Origin: an uncultured delta proteobacterium
Lineage (GTDB): Bacteria > Desulfobacterota > Binatia > UBA9968
Direction: 5' to 3'
DNA: 64,000 bases
Assembly (NCBI GenBank): GCA_963755715.1
Contig: CAVWLW010000034.1
Location: 1 to 64,000 of the forward strand
Positions 61,970 to 64,000 of this stretch are shown here, in pieces. The notes under the pieces are model-generated. The model was given only the letters and a program-made list of their open reading frames with translations. It had not been told where the DNA came from and did not search any database. How positions within the stretch are numbered: the stretch's first letter is position 1; every line of letters begins with the position of its first letter. A program made the translations under genes and the position numbers.

Positions 61970-64000
61970 GCGATCCAGTACTCGGCCTGACCATGCTGGG
62001 GCTCATTGTGGTTGCGATCATGATGGGTTTTCCCACGGCATTTACACTCATGGGCCTCGGCATGATCTTTGGTTACATCGCTTTCTGGGATCCGGCGCAT
62101 CACTGGTGGCAGAGTCGGATCTTCGATCTTATGGTGCAACGGACGTACGGGGTGATGACGAATGACACCCTGCTATCGGTTCCGCTGTTTGTCTTCATGG
62201 GCTACATCATGGAGCGCGCGGCGCTCGTCGACCGCATGTTTCATAGCGTCCAGCTTGCCTTCCGGGGCGTACCCGCCTCGCTCGCTGTGACCACCATGCT
62301 CGTGTCCGCGTTTTGGGGGATCGCCTCCGGCATCGTCGGCGCAGTGGTCGTGCTCATGGGCGTTATCGCGTTCCGACCAATGCTGAATGCCGGCTACGAC
62401 GTCAAGCTCGCTTCGGGAGTCATTACCGCCGGCGGGACGCTGGGCATCCTTATCCCACCCTCGGTGATGATTATCGTCTATGCCGCGGTGTCTGGGCAGT
62501 CGATCGTGAAGCTCTATGCCGCCGCCATGCTGCCGGGCTTCTTTCTCACCTTCCTCTATCTCGTGTACATCCTCGGCTGGGCGATCATCAATCCGAAGAT
62601 CGCGCCCAAGCTGTCGGCCGACCAGTACAGGGTCACGGTCCCGGATTGGATCAAGCGGCTCGAGAGCAAACGCTCACGCAGCATCGTCCCCCGCCTCATC
62701 GCTGCCGCGTTTCGACCAAGCCTGGTGCGTGACACAACGACGCCAGACGGCCAACCGGTAGGCTATGGCCTCATCCTGAACAACGTGCTCGCGCTCCTGG
62801 TGCCGGTGGCGCTCACAGTCGGTACTTATGGTGCAACCTGGTGGTATGTGGTCATCTACAACGCCCCGGCGGCGCAAATTACATCCGTCGCTGCGCCTCT
62901 GGCCGGGCCCGCCGCGCCCACTCAGGCCGCTACGGAGCCGCCGGTCGCGGTGACCGCGCCCACCGCGGAAAAGCCACAGGAACTCGGAGAGGCGGAATCT
63001 GAGGTCCGAGGGACTGAGGCTCCGCGCGCGGCGGATGCGCCGCCCGAGGAAATGACGACGCTCGGGGAGTCGACGACCCAATCAATAGCGGGCAAGGTTC
63101 CGGCGCATTTTTACCAATGGTTTTGGGGGTTGGCGGCGGTCTCCGCGCTCCTGCTTGCCATCTATCTCTGGCGCATGGACGGCGAACAGTTCGAGATCTT
63201 GAAGGAGCTATCGGCATCGGTGGTCCCCCTCGGCGTCCTCACGTTCGTGGTGCTCGCGGTGATCTTGTTCGGCATCTGCACCGCAACCGAGTCGGCGGCT
63301 ATCGGCGCCCTCGGCGCGATGTATCTCGCGGTGATGACGAAATACCTGCGCGAGGTCCTATGGTGGAGTCTCGTGGGCGCGCTTATTGGCGTCGCGCTCG
63401 GCTGGTACGAGGGCGAGGACTTCGCGTCGCTGCTCGTAGCCGCCTCGATCGGAGGGACGCTCGTGGGCACCGTCGTGCCCGGGCTCTGGAATCTCAGAGC
63501 CTCGCCGGAGCTTCGGCAGAACATGAAGGAAGCGACGTTTCTCACGGCCAAAACGACTGCGATGGTGTGCTGGCTGTTCATCGGCTCGGCGCTGTTCTCC
63601 GCCGTGTTCGCGCTGCACGGCGGCCAAGGATTAATCGAACGCTGGGTGCTTGGCATGAACTTGTCGCCGTTGGGATTCTTGTTTATCTCTCAAATGATCA
63701 TTTTCTTGCTTGGTTGGCCGCTCGAATGGACTGAGATCATCGTTATCTTTTGTCCTATTTTCATTCCGCTGCTGAGTCATTTCAAGGTCGATCCGATCCT
63801 GTTCGGCACCATGGTGGCGGTGAATCTCCAGGCAGCGTTTCTGTCGCCGCCAGTGGCGATGTCGGCCTTCTATCTTAAGGGTGTGGCGCCGAAACATGTT
63901 ACGCTGAATCAAATCTTCGCCGGCATGATGCCCTACATGATCATCGTCTGCATCTGCCTCGTGTTCATGTACATCTGGCCGGGCATGACGCTTTGGTTGC
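61966..64000 (+). CDS. dctM: TRAP large permease DctM with long internal insertion, 3'-truncated by window edge (absent from ORF track)
   Basis: Manual translation open to window end: GFPTAFTL, SVPLFVFMG, GTLGILIPPS, TATESAAIG, LSPPVAMSAFYLKG. Confidence 0.9.
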   Translation, partial: MSDPVLGLTMLGLIVVAIMMGFPTAFTLMGLGMIFGYIAFWDPAHHWWQSRIFDLMVQRTYGVMTNDTLLSVPLFVFMGYIMERAALVDRMFHSVQLAFRGVPASLAVTTMLVSAFWGIASGIVGAVVVLMGVIAFRPMLNAGYDVKLASGVITAGGTLGILIPPSVMIIVYAAVSGQSIVKLYAAAMLPGFFLTFLYLVYILGWAIINPKIAPKLSADQYRVTVPDWIKRLESKRSRSIVPRLIAAAFRPSLVRDTTTPDGQPVGYGLILNNVLALLVPVALTVGTYGATWWYVVIYNAPAAQITSVAAPLAGPAAPTQAATEPPVAVTAPTAEKPQELGEAESEVRGTEAPRAADAPPEEMTTLGESTTQSIAGKVPAHFYQWFWGLAAVSALLLAIYLWRMDGEQFEILKELSASVVPLGVLTFVVLAVILFGICTATESAAIGALGAMYLAVMTKYLREVLWWSLVGALIGVALGWYEGEDFASLLVAASIGGTLVGTVVPGLWNLRASPELRQNMKEATFLTAKTTAMVCWLFIGSALFSAVFALHGGQGLIERWVLGMNLSPLGFLFISQMIIFLLGWPLEWTEIIVIFCPIFIPLLSHFKVDPILFGTMVAVNLQAAFLSPPVAMSAFYLKGVAPKHVTLNQIFAGMMPYMIIVCICLVFMYIWPGMTLWL

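Overview
A 64 kb, GC-rich, gene-dense bacterial chromosomal window from a diderm organism. Gene style suggests a deltaproteobacteria-like lineage, possibly Candidatus Binatia (inference only). Core blocks: olsBA-like acyltransferases, rlmE-galT, glmU-glmS, moaB-D-E, hemW, a long minus-strand run kdsB-pyrG-kdsA-kdsD-kdsC-lptCAB-rpoN-hpf-ptsN-rapZ-ptsH-metK-ahcY, putA, glcD-F-E and a TRAP transporter. No rRNA, tRNA, CRISPR array, transposase or prophage was recognised. About 16 single-base frameshifts split otherwise intact genes and look like long-read errors. Main observations: (1) a hidden OsmC-family selenoprotein candidate with an in-frame TGA at the catalytic Cys position and a SECIS-like hairpin, in a redox cassette with a Cys-less AhpD-like gene and cnoX; (2) an atypical Co-type nitrile/thiocyanate-hydratase-like operon with a rebuilt alpha subunit, a stand-alone SH3 beta fragment, an asparaginase-fold protein with a remodelled active site and a thiol-dioxygenase-like cupin; (3) a divergent pair of different diiron-fold proteins sharing a palindromic operator; (4) a 58-aa Cys-rich gene missed by the ORF track; (5) a racemase homologue lacking both catalytic cysteines; (6) an inverted sigma54 site next to the promoter of the rpoN-containing operon; (7) several families of short intergenic repeats.
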